Source: Eledone cirrhosa
Lineage: Eukaryota
Length of the DNA: 64,000 bases
Reading direction: 5' to 3'
Assembly: GCA_964016885.1 (NCBI GenBank)
Contig: OZ024754.1
Coordinates: forward strand, 10,478,001-10,542,000
The position numbers were made by a program, and so were the translations under genes. Below, piece by piece: positions 14,530 through 31,068 of this stretch. How positions within the stretch are numbered: the stretch's first letter is position 1; every line of letters begins with the position of its first letter. The notes below the pieces were generated by a model. The model was not told the DNA's origin, did no database searches, and worked only from the letters and a program-made list of their open reading frames with translations.

Positions 14530-14890
14530 ACATACATATATATATATACATACATATATATATATACATACATATATATATATACATACATATATATATA
14601 TACATACATATATATATATATACATACATATATATATATACATACATATATATATATATACATACATATATATATATATACATACATATATATATATATA
14701 CATACATATATATATATACATACATATATATATATATATACATACATATATATATATACATACATATATATATACATACATATATATATATACATACATA
14801 TATATATACATACATATATATATATACATACATATATATATACATACATATATATATATATACATACATATATATATATACATACATATA

Positions 14891-14952
<62 letters not shown>

Positions 14953-14989
14953 CATACATATATATATATACATATATATATATACATAC

Positions 14990-15026
<37 letters not shown>

Positions 15027-15039
15027 CATATATATATAC

Positions 15040-15092
<53 letters not shown>

Positions 15093-15240
15093 CATATATA
15101 TATACATACATACATATATATATATATATACATATATATACATACATACATATATATATATACATATATATATACATACATATATATATATATATACATA
15201 TATATATACATATATATATATACATATATATATACATACA

Positions 15241-15272
<32 letters not shown>

Positions 15273-15295
15273 CATACATATATATATATACATAC

Positions 15296-15328
<33 letters not shown>

Positions 15329-15403
15329 CATACATATATATATATACATACATATATATATATACATACATATATATATATACATACATATATATATACA
15401 TAC

Positions 15404-15436
<33 letters not shown>

Positions 15437-15489
15437 CATACATACATACATATATACATACATATATATATATACATACATATATATAT

Positions 15490-15528
<39 letters not shown>

Positions 15529-15549
15529 CATACATACATATATACATAC

Positions 15550-15580
<31 letters not shown>

Positions 15581-15593
15581 CATATATATATAC

Positions 15594-15686
<93 letters not shown>

Positions 15687-15712
15687 CATACATATATATA
15701 TATATACATACA

Positions 15713-15764
<52 letters not shown>

Positions 15765-16158
15765 CATATATATATATACATATATATATACATATATATA
15801 TATACATATATATATATACATATATATTTATACATATATATATATACATATACATATATATACATATACATATATATATACATATACATATACATATATA
15901 TACATATACATATATATACATATATATATACATATACATATACATATATATATACATATATATATATATACATATATACATACACATATATATACATATA
16001 TATATATACATATACATATATATATACATATATATATATACATATATATATATATACATATATACATACATATATATATATACATATATATACATATATA
16101 TATATACATGTATGTATATACATATATATATATACATGTATGTATATACATATATGTA

Positions 16159-16234
<76 letters not shown>

Positions 16235-16277
16235 CATATATGTATATACATATATGTATATATATATATATATATAT
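13951..16277. repeat. 2.3-kb (TA)n/(TACA)n microsatellite
   Basis: Direct reading. Confidence 0.97.
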
Positions 16278-17075
16278 TGTTATATTTGGGGAGGGTCATA
16301 TTTGCGTAATATTGCCAGAATTAATAACAGAACACACTCACTGTTTGGTTGGTTTTCGCTTCTCGCTGTCTTTTATATATATATATCTGCGATCTAACTT
16401 ACTCGGTCCTCAATGTTGCCATTGACTGACCGGCGGTCAAAAATAATACAGATACAATATAGACAAACACATATATATATAGTTTACATAAATCTTTCGT
16501 TGCACATCTGCAACATCGTCAGTGGTGTTATATTCATTGTTCCTCCTGTTGTGTTGTATGTCTACGCCATTTTTTTTTGTTCAGTCTGTCTATATATTTA
16601 TTTATTTATTTGCTTGTTTGTTTATCTTATTTTATTTTGTCTTCTTTGCGCATGCGTTTGCGTGTGTGTATAGTGTTATGTGTGATGTGTGACTAGTGTG
16701 TATAGTGTTGTGTCTGCTGGGTGACTAGTGTGTGTTTATGTGCTTGTGTATGTATTTATTTATCTTATTTTATTTTATTTAATTTACTTATTTATTTATA
16801 CTTCTCTTAGGTCAGTGTTGTTTGTTTGGGTGTTGTTGTTGTTCCACTCATTCTTTCTGTTTAGCTTTGGTCTTCTAATTTCTATTTCACTGGCCTCTCT
16901 GATTTGCCTATCTGCTGGGTCATTCCTATGTTTAGATATTATTCTAATTTCTATGTTGTCTATGTTACCGTCATGATGTTGTCTAGCATGTTCGTATAGT
17001 ACTGACCCGTTTTTTCGTCCTTTTAGTTCCCCCCAGTGTTGGTCTATCCTTTCACCTATGCTACGAGCTGCTAAT
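16278..17075 (-). mobile_element. 3' fragment of a Penelope-like element: GIY-YIG C-terminus plus pLTR-like region
   Basis: [11 protein letters not shown]...LYEHARQHH...RQIREASEI...PKLNRKNEW (16796-17070); downstream hammerhead motif; 3' terminus shared with 41775. Confidence 0.7.
16486..16525 (-). ncRNA. Minimal type I hammerhead ribozyme motif
   Basis: CA-CUGACGA-U-GUUGCA-gaug-UGCAAC-GAAA-GAUU-UA-UG; stem I is weak. Confidence 0.6.
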
Positions 17076-17132
17076 ATCTGTTTCGACACACGATTTCATA
17101 TAAAAAACCTCGCAAAACTAATTCATCGCCGC

Positions 17133-18832
<1,700 letters not shown>

Positions 18833-19254
18833 TGTAAAGTTATATTTAAATTGTTGGGTTACAACTAGTAAATATTTATAACTGATATAAAAGCACTCAA
18901 GTATTTGGAGTATATTTACGATATTAAATAAATGGAAACTATATTTATAAAACCATATTTATTTCATTATATATATTTCAGGGATATCATATTAACAATA
19001 TGTTATGCCTTCTTCAGACAAAATACAATATAGACAGTTTTATAGATAAATAGATTTGACATACCGTTCAACATCGACTTGTATTTGAAAAAGTTGATTT
19101 GGCAGTGAAAAAATTGTATAAAAATCTATAAAACTGTCTGTATTGTATTTTGTCTGAAGAAGGCATAACATATTGTTAATATGATATCCCTGAAATATAT
19201 ATAATGAAATAAATATGGTTTTATAAATATAGTTTCCATTTATTTAATATCGTA
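18833..19254. mobile_element. Fold-back mini-element A: 131-bp inverted arms (18917-19047 / 19124-19254) with hammerhead-like motif and one-sided tail
   Basis: Near-perfect inverted repeat; CUGAAGA-AGG...CCU-GAAA-UAUA-UA at 19154-19201; embedded in (TA)n. Confidence 0.7.
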
Positions 19255-19264
19255 TATATATACA

Positions 19265-19296
<32 letters not shown>

Positions 19297-19940
19297 CACA
19301 TATACATACATATATATACATATATACATACATATATATATACACATACATACACATATATATACATATATACATACATATATATATACACATACATACA
19401 CATATATATATACACATATATATATATATATACATATACATACACATATATATATACACATATATATATATACACATATATATATACACACATATATACA
19501 CATATATATATACACACATATATACACATATATATACACATATATATACATATACATATACACATATATATACATATACATATACATATATATACATATA
19601 CATATACATATATATACATATACATATATATATATATATATACATATATATATACATATATATATATACATATATATACATATATATACACATATATATA
19701 CACATATATACATATATATATACATATATACATATATATATACATATATATATATACATATATATACATATATATACACATATATATACATATATATACA
19801 TATATATACATATATATATATATATATACATATATATACATATATATACATATATATACATATATATACATATATATATATACATATATATACATATATA
19901 TATATACATATATATACATATATATATATATATACATATA
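19255..19940. repeat. (TA)n/(TACA)n microsatellite
   Basis: Direct reading. Confidence 0.97.
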
Positions 19941-22537
19941 CGGTTACGGTTCAAGAAATGAAGAAGGAGTGAGACTTCTTGAATTTTGTGATGCAAGTAC
20001 ATTGACTATTTGCAACACAAACTTCCAGAAACCTGCCAATCACCTAATAACCTACAAATCTGGTGAGCACATAAGCCAGATTGACTTCCTGCTAGTTAGG
20101 CAGCGGGACAGGCAGATAGTGTCTAATACCAAGGCATACCCTGGGGAAGAATGTACCCCACAGCATAGGTTAGTTGTTAGTGATATCTCAGTAAGCAAGA
20201 GATGGAATGAGACTTATAGGAAGGTGTGGAGAAGAAAGGTCTGGAAGCTAAAAGACCTTTCACTAAAATTCAAATTTAGGAAAGCCCTTCAAGATGTATA
20301 TGACGAAAAAGAAGACGATTTAGAGACGTATGACATAGATAATAACTGGAAGTTCTTACGTGACAACTTGCTGAAGGCTACTGATGAAACCTGTGGCTGG
20401 AGCAGAGCTCCAACCAGACAGAGAGTGACCTGGTGGTGGAACAGCAGTGTAGATAAGGCTATTAGAGACAAAAGACTAGCATGGAAGGCTTGGAATAAGG
20501 GTGGGAGTAGGGAAGAATATACAGCCACTAAGAGAGAAGCTAGACGTCAGGTGTACTTAGCACGCAGGGAGGCAGAGAGTAGGAGGTTTGCCAATGTTCT
20601 GCGACGGGAAGATCAGAGGCGTGCGGTGTTCCACATTGCAAGGCAGTGTGTCAATGCAAATCAGGATGTTGTTGGTGATAAATGTGTCCGGGATGATGCC
20701 GGTGTACTTAGTGTCACGAATGACCAGAAAAAGGAGGCCTGGAAATGTCATTATGAGAGACTGATGAATGTGGAGAACGAATGGGAGAGAGAGAAATTAC
20801 CCTTGGTAGATCCGACAGAGGGACCAGCTATTGAGATTGACGAATATAGGGTCCAAGAGGCGATTAGGGAAATGAAAAATGGTAAGGCGGCCGGACCATC
20901 GGGAATAGTTGCTGAGATGCTGAAGGCATCAGGGGACGTAGGCACTAAACTGGTTGCACGCATAATCAATCAGGCTATATATGGTGGTGTCATACCCAAA
21001 GACTGGTGCAGCAGTATTCTCATAAATTGCTACAAAGGTAAAGGGGATGCTTTGGAGAGGAGCAATTATAGGGGTATAAAACTGATAGATCAGGTTATGA
21101 AAGTGGCAGAAAGGATTTTAGCACAACTAATTAGAGAAAGGGTCAAACTAGATGAGATGCAGTTTGGTTTTGTGCCTGGGAAGAGTACAACAGATGCCCT
21201 CTTCTTGGTGAGACAAATGCAAGAGAGGTTCTTAGAGAAGAATAAGCCACTATACTTAGCCTTTGTTGACCTAGAGAAGGCCTTTGATAGGGTACCCCGA
21301 TCTGTCATCTGGTGGTCCCTAAGGAAGCTGGGTGTTGAGGAATGGCTTGTAAGGACAGTGCAAACTTTGTACAGAGGTACTCTCAGTAAAGTCAGGGTAG
21401 GAATGGAGTTTAGTGAGGAATTCCAGATACAAGTAGGAGTACATCAGGGTTCGGTCCTCAGCCCGCTCTTGTTCATTATAGTCCTCCAAGCCATAACAGA
21501 GGAGTTTAAGACTGGCTGTCCATGGGAACTTCTCTATGCTGACGATCTGGCTCTTATGGCAGAATCAGTAGAGGAGCTAGAGAATAAATTCCGGCTATGG
21601 AAACAGCAGTTGGAAGCAAGAGGACTGAGAGTAAATCTAGCTAAGACAAAAGTGTTGATGAGTAGAAAAGAGGACAAAACCCTGATTCCGTCAGGGAAAT
21701 GGCCATGTTCGATATGCAGAAAAGGAACTGGCATAAATTCTATAAAATGCACACAATGTAGGTCCTGGGTACACAAGAGATGTAGCGGGATAGCAGGCAA
21801 ACTAACAGGTAGGGAGAACTATGTATGCAGTAGATGTACAGGGAAATTAGACAGTAGAAGTCGCACTGATAGACACATTTTTCAAATGCGAGAGGGCGCT
21901 ATAGAAGTGGTGGATAGCTTCCGGTACCTAGGAGATCAGATTAGCATGGGAGGAGGGTGTTCCGAGGCCATAGTATCTAGAATAAGGACGGGTTGGAAGA
22001 AGTTTAGGGAGCTGCTTCCTCTGTTGACGAAGAAGGGTTTCTCCCTGCGTACGAAAGGCCGGTTGTATGATGCCTGTGTGAGGAGCGCGATGCTGCATGG
22101 TAGTGAGACATGGGCAGCTACCGCAGAAGATATGCGACGGCTGGAGAGAAATGAGGCAAGCATGCTCCGTTGGATGTGCAGTGTAAATGTGCGTGAACGA
22201 CCCAGCATAAATGTGTTGAGAGAGAAACTGTGTCTGAGAGGGATAGAATGTAGTGTACGGGAGAGGAGACTGAGGTGGTATGGACATGTGATGCGCATGG
22301 AGGATGACCGATGGGTGAAGAAGTGCCAGGAAATGCCAGTTGAAGGAAGACGTGGTAGAGGTAGACCACGAAAAACATGGGCGGAGGTGGTGAGAACAGA
22401 CCTCAGATCATTGAAGCTCACGGTGGAGATGACGAGGGACCGTGACGAGTGGAGAGATGCTGTGCTGAATAAGACCCGTCCCACCCTTGCAAGCAGGGAA
22501 AAGCGGACGTAAAATGATGATGATGATGATGATGATG
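19941..22537 (+). mobile_element. RTE-clade LINE, 5'-truncated, young, inserted in (TA)n, (ATG)n tail
   Basis: Begins GYGSRNEEG inside the APE domain; uninterrupted ORF; abrupt GC increase; (ATG)n tail directly after the stop. Confidence 0.93.
19969..22512 (+). CDS. RTE ORF: C-terminal APE endonuclease + reverse transcriptase with internal PHD-type zinc finger (no native start)
   Basis: SQIDFLL..QHRLV (APE), [65 protein letters not shown]; C4HC3 motif at 21700-21837. Confidence 0.92.
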   Translation: MRLLEFCDASTLTICNTNFQKPANHLITYKSGEHISQIDFLLVRQRDRQIVSNTKAYPGEECTPQHRLVVSDISVSKRWNETYRKVWRRKVWKLKDLSLKFKFRKALQDVYDEKEDDLETYDIDNNWKFLRDNLLKATDETCGWSRAPTRQRVTWWWNSSVDKAIRDKRLAWKAWNKGGSREEYTATKREARRQVYLARREAESRRFANVLRREDQRRAVFHIARQCVNANQDVVGDKCVRDDAGVLSVTNDQKKEAWKCHYERLMNVENEWEREKLPLVDPTEGPAIEIDEYRVQEAIREMKNGKAAGPSGIVAEMLKASGDVGTKLVARIINQAIYGGVIPKDWCSSILINCYKGKGDALERSNYRGIKLIDQVMKVAERILAQLIRERVKLDEMQFGFVPGKSTTDALFLVRQMQERFLEKNKPLYLAFVDLEKAFDRVPRSVIWWSLRKLGVEEWLVRTVQTLYRGTLSKVRVGMEFSEEFQIQVGVHQGSVLSPLLFIIVLQAITEEFKTGCPWELLYADDLALMAESVEELENKFRLWKQQLEARGLRVNLAKTKVLMSRKEDKTLIPSGKWPCSICRKGTGINSIKCTQCRSWVHKRCSGIAGKLTGRENYVCSRCTGKLDSRSRTDRHIFQMREGAIEVVDSFRYLGDQISMGGGCSEAIVSRIRTGWKKFRELLPLLTKKGFSLRTKGRLYDACVRSAMLHGSETWAATAEDMRRLERNEASMLRWMCSVNVRERPSINVLREKLCLRGIECSVRERRLRWYGHVMRMEDDRWVKKCQEMPVEGRRGRGRPRKTWAEVVRTDLRSLKLTVEMTRDRDEWRDAVLNKTRPTLASREKRT

Positions 22538-23823
<1,286 letters not shown>

Positions 23824-24311
23824 AGTATGCATGTATACGTACATACATATATGTATACAGACGTACAGTAGCATGCACATATATATATATATATATACAT
23901 ATATACATACATATGCATACAGGTACACATACATATATGCACGTATCAGTTTAGCGGCGCTTATTATAACGTCGCTTTGTTTCAATTTATCGTTTTCGGT
24001 ATGCCTGACCGATTTAACTCACTCAATATGCAAATTAGGCTGCTCAGCCGTTAATTTTCATAAGGAAAGTATATACTTTCGAACGTTCAACTATCTGGCA
24101 GATGGGTAAACGGTGCTGATGATAGCTAACAAGCTTGAAACTAGTACATCGTTCCTGTGTCAGTGTTGAACAAAAAGGTGACGTGGTTGCCTTAACACCG
24201 TATGGCATAAATTCAGGCTGTTCAGTTTGTTTACAAACGAACAAAGCGACGTTATAATAAGCACCGCTAAACTGATACGTGCATATATGTATGTGTACCT
24301 GTATGCATATG

Positions 24312-24357
<46 letters not shown>

Positions 24358-24474
24358 CATGCTACTGTACGTCTGTATACATATATGTATGTACGTATAC
24401 ATGCATACTTACATTTAAGTAAGTGCCATACTAAGAGTGAGAAATGAAATTTCGTTTTCATTTTGTTTCAATTT
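23824..24474 (+). mobile_element. Fold-back mini-element B: about 160-bp inverted arms (23824-23981 / 24240-24409) around a structured hammerhead-bearing spacer
   Basis: Arms are reverse complements, including an internal TA tract; hammerhead at 24109-24153. Confidence 0.8.
24109..24153 (+). ncRNA. Minimal type I hammerhead ribozyme
   Basis: AACGGUG-CUGAUGA-U-AGCU-aaca-AGCU-U-GAAA-CUAG-UA-CAUCGUU: 7-bp stem I, palindromic ACUAGU stem III, GUA triplet. Confidence 0.85.
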
Positions 24475-24555
24475 ATATACATATACATATATATATATAC
24501 ATATATATATATATACATATATATATATACATATATATATATACATATATATATA

Positions 24556-24588
<33 letters not shown>

Positions 24589-25075
24589 ACATATATACAT
24601 ATACATATACATATATACATATACATATATACATATACATATATACATATACATATATACATATACACATATACATATATACATATACATACACATATAC
24701 ATACACATATATATATACACATATATATACACATATATATACACATATATATATACACATATATATATATACATATATATATATACATATATATATATAC
24801 ATATATATATATACATATATATATATACATATATATATATACATATATATATATACATATATATATATACATATATATATATACATATATATATATACAT
24901 ATATATATATATACATATATACATATATATATATACATATATATATATACATATATATATATACATATATATATATACATATACATATATACATATATAC
25001 ATATACATATATATAAAATATACATATATATATACATATACATACATATACATACATATATATACATATACATAC

Positions 25076-25108
<33 letters not shown>

Positions 25109-25171
25109 CATATACATATATATATATATATATATATACATATATATACACATATATATATATATATATAC

Positions 25172-25212
<41 letters not shown>

Positions 25213-25284
25213 TATACACATATATATATATATATATATACATATATATACATATATATATATATACATATTTATATATATATA
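24475..25284. repeat. (TA)n/(TACA)n microsatellite
   Basis: Direct reading. Confidence 0.97.
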
Positions 25285-25478
25285 ACGAAGGAAATGTGGT
25301 AAGGAACCAGGTGGACCATAACGCACCAAAGTACTCAATACTTAGGGTAGTAGAGTGGGTAATAGGAACGAGTAGGACCCCGACAGCTGAGCTGAAGCCG
25401 TTTCGACGGCTAATTCTGGACCAGAATTAGCCGTCAAAACGGCTTCAGCTCAGCTGTCGGGGTCCTACTCGTTCTTAT
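25285..25478 (-). mobile_element. Fold-back mini-element C: 58-bp arms centred on 25420, holding the 3' half of a hammerhead
   Basis: Palindrome 25362-25478 with 1-nt spacer; GAAA-CGGC-uucagcuca-GCUG-UC on minus strand; tail 25285-25361. Confidence 0.7.
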
Positions 25479-26057
<579 letters not shown>

Positions 26058-26245
26058 TAGAAGGATTTAAATGGATACAGTTCAGTTAAAAGGAATTCCT
26101 TTCAACTAAACTTTATCCATTTAAATCCTTCTATTTTCTCCGGATTACTTTTGAAACTACAACTGGAACCTACCTTCGAGCAAACTCTACGTGAGCTGTC
26201 CATCTCCTGTGTGTAATGTTCATATTACAACACTACGGAAAATAC
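26058..26245 (+). repeat. Fold-back island D: imperfect 76-bp palindrome (26058-26133) centred on GGAATTCC plus unique tail
   Basis: TAGAAGGATTTAAATGGATA...TATCCATTTAAATCCTTCTA; no hammerhead core seen. Confidence 0.65.
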
Positions 26246-26979
<734 letters not shown>

Positions 26980-27188
26980 GTTTTAATATAGATGAGATTC
27001 TACAGGACTAGAACTGTTTCATTCTTTAGAAATCATCAGGAATCTGGGTATCCAGATTCCTGATGATTTCTAAAGAATGAAACAGTTCTAGTCCTGTAGA
27101 ATCTCATCTATATTAAAACTTTTATACTCTGCAATGTATTGAGTACCTTACTTACTGTGGTTACCTCCGATTCAACCCGGAATAACGT
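26980..27188 (+). mobile_element. Fold-back mini-element E: perfect 68-bp arms (26980-27047 / 27052-27119) plus tail
   Basis: Perfect palindrome with 4-nt spacer; a complete hammerhead in each arm. Confidence 0.85.
27054..27104 (+). ncRNA. Type I hammerhead ribozyme with a true stem III (mirror copy at 26995-27045, minus strand)
   Basis: AGAUUC-CUGAUGA-U-UUCU-aa-AGAA-U-GAAA-CAG-uucuaguc-CUG-UA-GAAUCU. Confidence 0.85.
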
Positions 27189-27291
27189 ATCTATATATAT
27201 CTATATATATGTATGTATATATATATCTATATATATCTATATATATGTATGTATATATATATCTACATATATATATGTATATATATATATC

Positions 27292-27346
<55 letters not shown>

Positions 27347-27531
27347 ATATATATGTATATCTATATATATCTACATCTATCTATATCTATATATCTATAT
27401 ATATATATGTATATAATGTATATATATAACCTTAATAAAATGAATATATATATATATGTATATACATATAGCCTCAATATAATGAATGTGGATATGTGTA
27501 TATGTGTGTGTAGCCTCAAATGAATATATAT

Positions 27532-27566
<35 letters not shown>

Positions 27567-27649
27567 TATAGCTTCAATAAAATGAATATATATATATATT
27601 TATTTTATTCTATTTTCATCCGTTTATCTCATACCTAATATATATATAT

Positions 27650-27987
27650 TCATCATCATCACCGTTTTACGTCCGTTCTTCCATGCTAGCATGGGTTAGA
27701 CGGGTTGTCCTGTTGTGGGCATTGTCTGGTCGGCTGACCATGCCTTGCTCATACAGGAACTGATTCTGGCTTGCTTTCTACAGCTGGATGCCTTTCCTAA
27801 CACCAACCTCATTTACTGTGAGTGCTGGGTGCTTTTTTCCGTGGCGCCTACACGTCCACTTTACAGTGTGGGCTGGGTATTTCTTTGCCGTAGCACCTCC
27901 TCGACAACTTTGCAGTGGGAGGGTGTGGGGCATATTCTCTATATGCTTAAGCTTGTACCCATGGAAGGTCGGGTACTCTTCATTACT
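27650..27987 (-). mobile_element. SINE family 1 variant (tail type B), lacking tRNA head
   Basis: Reverse complement of 51879-52202; tail CCCGTCTAACCCATGCTAGCATGGAAGAACGGACGTAAAACGG(TGA)n. Confidence 0.75.
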
Positions 27988-28118
27988 GCGTGATGCCAGA
28001 AGTCACAGTCGTATTAATAAAAGGAATTCCAACTTTGTCTAATTTACTCGTTCCATTTACAATCCTTTAAAATTATAATGATATAATGAAATAGTATGGT
28101 AGAATATTAAATGTTAAT

Positions 28119-28157
28119 TGAACAAGTACTTTCATGCTTTCGCAATCTTCAGGTTCA
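28119..28157 (-). ncRNA. Minimal hammerhead in the inverted pLTR
   Basis: UGAAC-CUGAAGA-U-UGC-gaaa-GCA-U-GAAA-GUAC-UU-GUUCA. Confidence 0.75.
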
Positions 28158-28225
28158 TATTCAGTGGTGACAGTCAAGTTTGCAATTTTCAACTGTAATG
28201 AGATGGGTAAAATCTGTGCCTTATA

Positions 28226-29298
28226 TAGCACTGAATTTAGAAAGTCTTGGAAGAGATACCTTGACGACCGTTTCATCATCTGGACAGAATCTCTAGATAC
28301 TCTGGATGAGTTCAATATCCGCCTGAATAACCTACACCCATCTCTCCAATTTACAAAAGAGATGAGTAGTACCAAATTACCATTCCTAGATATAATGGTA
28401 ATCAAAAACGACACCACAATTACCACGGATATATACTATAAACACACAACCCATCAATATCTGAATTTTAAGTCGTGCCATCCGCCTCATACAAAACGCA
28501 ACATCCCATACTGCCTAGCCAGAAGAATTTGTACCATTGTAGAAGATACGAATACCAAGAACAAATGCCTAACAGAACTGAGAGAATTTTTGCTCAAACA
28601 AAAATACCCATCTCTACTTATAGAAAATGGCATACAGCGGGCTATAAAAATAACTATACAACAACTTAGGATAACCCAAGGAAGAAGTAACCAAGAACTG
28701 GTCATACCATTTATAATGGCACAACCCATGTCACCAGAATATCTTCAACACTACCAAAGCAAACCTACCGATCATTGCTCAAAGTAATGAATTAAAAGGT
28801 TTAATCACAGATCGATCTTTCACTCTTAGTAAAAGACAGTCGAAAAATTTGAAGCAATTACTAACAAAGGCAAAGTTTGACCTTAACAACAAAGACCAAT
28901 CATTCACTGTATTTAAATGCAATGATAGTCGATGTGGCACATGTCAGTTCATACATACTGGTCAATATATGAACACAAAAACTGGAAAAATATTCCCAAA
29001 TGCAAATATGAACTCCAAAAGCAGAAATCTAATTTACTGCATTAAATGCCCGAATTGTGAAGAACTATATGTTGGTCAAACTGGAAATGCACTATCGGAA
29101 CGTGCACAGGTGTACCGACAGCAAATCAGAGACCCAAATGTCCGTCAGATACCCCTGAGTAACCATCTAGCAACATGTGGTCAGAAAATATTTATAATAT
29201 TTCCATTCTACAAACTACACAGCCCAAGTGAAATTAAGAGAAAAATTGAAGAAAAGAATTTTATTGATAAATTCCAACCCAAGCTAAATGAACAATAA
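28226..29298 (+). pseudogene. PLE RT C-terminus/thumb, Cys-rich linker and GIY-YIG endonuclease; frameshift near 28720
   Basis: WKRYLDD, LPFLDI, TDIYYK, YLNFKSCHP, KRQSKNLKQLL, CNDSRCGTC, NLIYCIKCPNCEELYVGQTG, FQPKLN. Confidence 0.88.
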
Positions 29299-29689
29299 TA
29301 ATGCTTAGGGGTATTACGTCTACTATGACTACGCCTACGACCATGTCGACTACCACCACTAACAACAACAACAATAATAATAATAAAAGAGATGTTGATG
29401 TTGATTACTGAAAATTTTTCATAAAAACCATAGAAAATGCTATTTTCATCATTTCTAAAAATAGCAAAACAATTTGGATAGGGTCAAATAGAAGTCGTTA
29501 GACATGCTCAATCAACCGTGATACCTAAACCAATCAGCTTTAGTAATCTAGTGAAACTACACACCGATTGGTCGAAATACAGTTTGCAAAACTTAGCATT
29601 CTGTAGCCCCTTTTTACTGTTTATAAGGCACAGATTTTACCCATCTCATTACAGTTGAAAATTGCAAACTTGACTGTCACCACAGAATA

Positions 29690-29728
29690 TGAACCTGAAG
29701 ATTGCGAAAGTATGAAAGTACTTGTTCA
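29690..29728 (+). ncRNA. Minimal hammerhead in the 3' pLTR
   Basis: Same motif, stem II UGC/GUA (G-U wobble), palindromic AGUACU stem III. Confidence 0.75.
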
Positions 29729-29895
29729 ATTAACACTTAACATTCTACCATACTATTTCATTATAATAATATTATAATTTTAAAGGATTGTAAATAAAAC
29801 GAGTAAATCAGACAAAGTTGGAATTCCTTTTATTAATATAATCTTCTATACACAATCATACACACCCGTGTGTGTGTATATATATATATATATAT

Positions 29896-30308
29896 CCGGG
29901 AGAGATGACCCCTTAGCCTTTGTCAAGGCAGAATTCTAGGAGAAGGAAAACTCTGATATAACACCTGCAACCCTGATGGTATCCAATGATGTTGACTTGT
30001 TCTTCTTTTTGGTAAATATCATCTTAGTTAAGAGAGTGGGACTGGCTTTGTGCAGTGCCTTTGCTCACTATAAAAGCTTCACGGCACAGGCATTGCTTTA
30101 TATCTGGAGATCTTTCTGCACTTGTCACCATAGAGTACCATGGGCCCAACACTATGTGTCAGTAATTGTCACAAGTGTAGTGTTTGTACCAGAGTTTTCA
30201 AGTCACTGGCTGGACTAAAAAGTCACACTCGTTCAGCGCTTCGGTAGGGGTTCTCCTACATGGATATAAAGTAGTGGCCGTACTCGAAAACGAGTTGGCA
30301 GCCACCAT
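29896..30308 (+). mobile_element. Short bipartite non-autonomous RTE-like element in (TA)n
   Basis: 5' part has CTAGGAGAAGGAAAACTCTG, which I recall as RTE 5'UTR-like; 3' part encodes HKCSVCTRVFKSLAGLKSHTR* and ends in hairpin CTCGAAAACGAG...GCCACC(AT)n. Confidence 0.5.
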
Positions 30309-30340
<32 letters not shown>

Positions 30341-31068
30341 GGAAAAGCAGATGTATGATGATCATGATATATATATACACACACACACATTATATGCTAC
30401 ATACACATACACACATGTGGAGGGGAAGAGGGCGAGAGGTTGCTAAGTATCGCAGTTGCCCATGAGTAGTCTAACAGATTAATAACTGTGTGTCTTTGTA
30501 ACAGGGAAACTACATAAAATTCTCTAGATTACTCAGTAATAACTGTACACAAGAAGTGGGTGGGTCCCTACATTCAGCCATAGATAAGGAGCAAATGAAA
30601 TTTCAAAACTGAGAAACCTTAAATATGCTCTTGAAGAAGTTTAACCATCTGCAATAACAAAAGCACCACTACATATATTAACAGTTTCCTCCATGCTGTC
30701 TTAAAACAAATGATAATAAAATGAATGTTTTTCAGCATTTTATCTGCATAACAGCACAAATCTGTAATAGTATGTCACACACTTTATCACTAGTAATTGT
30801 TTATTTGCAAAGTATGCTGCATATTTGAAGGAAACCATAGCAGTCAGTCAACATTTTGACAACTGTTGGAATGTATATAATCATGCCAATATCTCACCAC
30901 ATGCTTTGCAAGGTTGTACAAGTCTGTAGACAAATTTGTGCCAAACATTCAACTACTAACTTTATTACTTTTTTTTTTTTTTTTTTTTTTTTTTGCAATG
31001 CTTATTTTTATTTAAAATTGCTCTCTGTACAGTGAAAGTATCAAACTGGAACACTCTCAATACAATTT

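Larger units (their letters stand above)
28012..29838 (+). mobile_element. 5'-truncated Penelope-like element (Neptune-like) with inverted pseudo-LTRs (28012-28225 / 29622-29838)
   Basis: RT + GIY-YIG coding remnant between about 215-bp inverted repeats, each carrying a hammerhead. Confidence 0.88.

Noticed and set aside
28134-28225. N-terminus of the 217-aa ORF
   Set aside because: It is the antisense of the inverted pLTR; PLE coding similarity starts near 28226.
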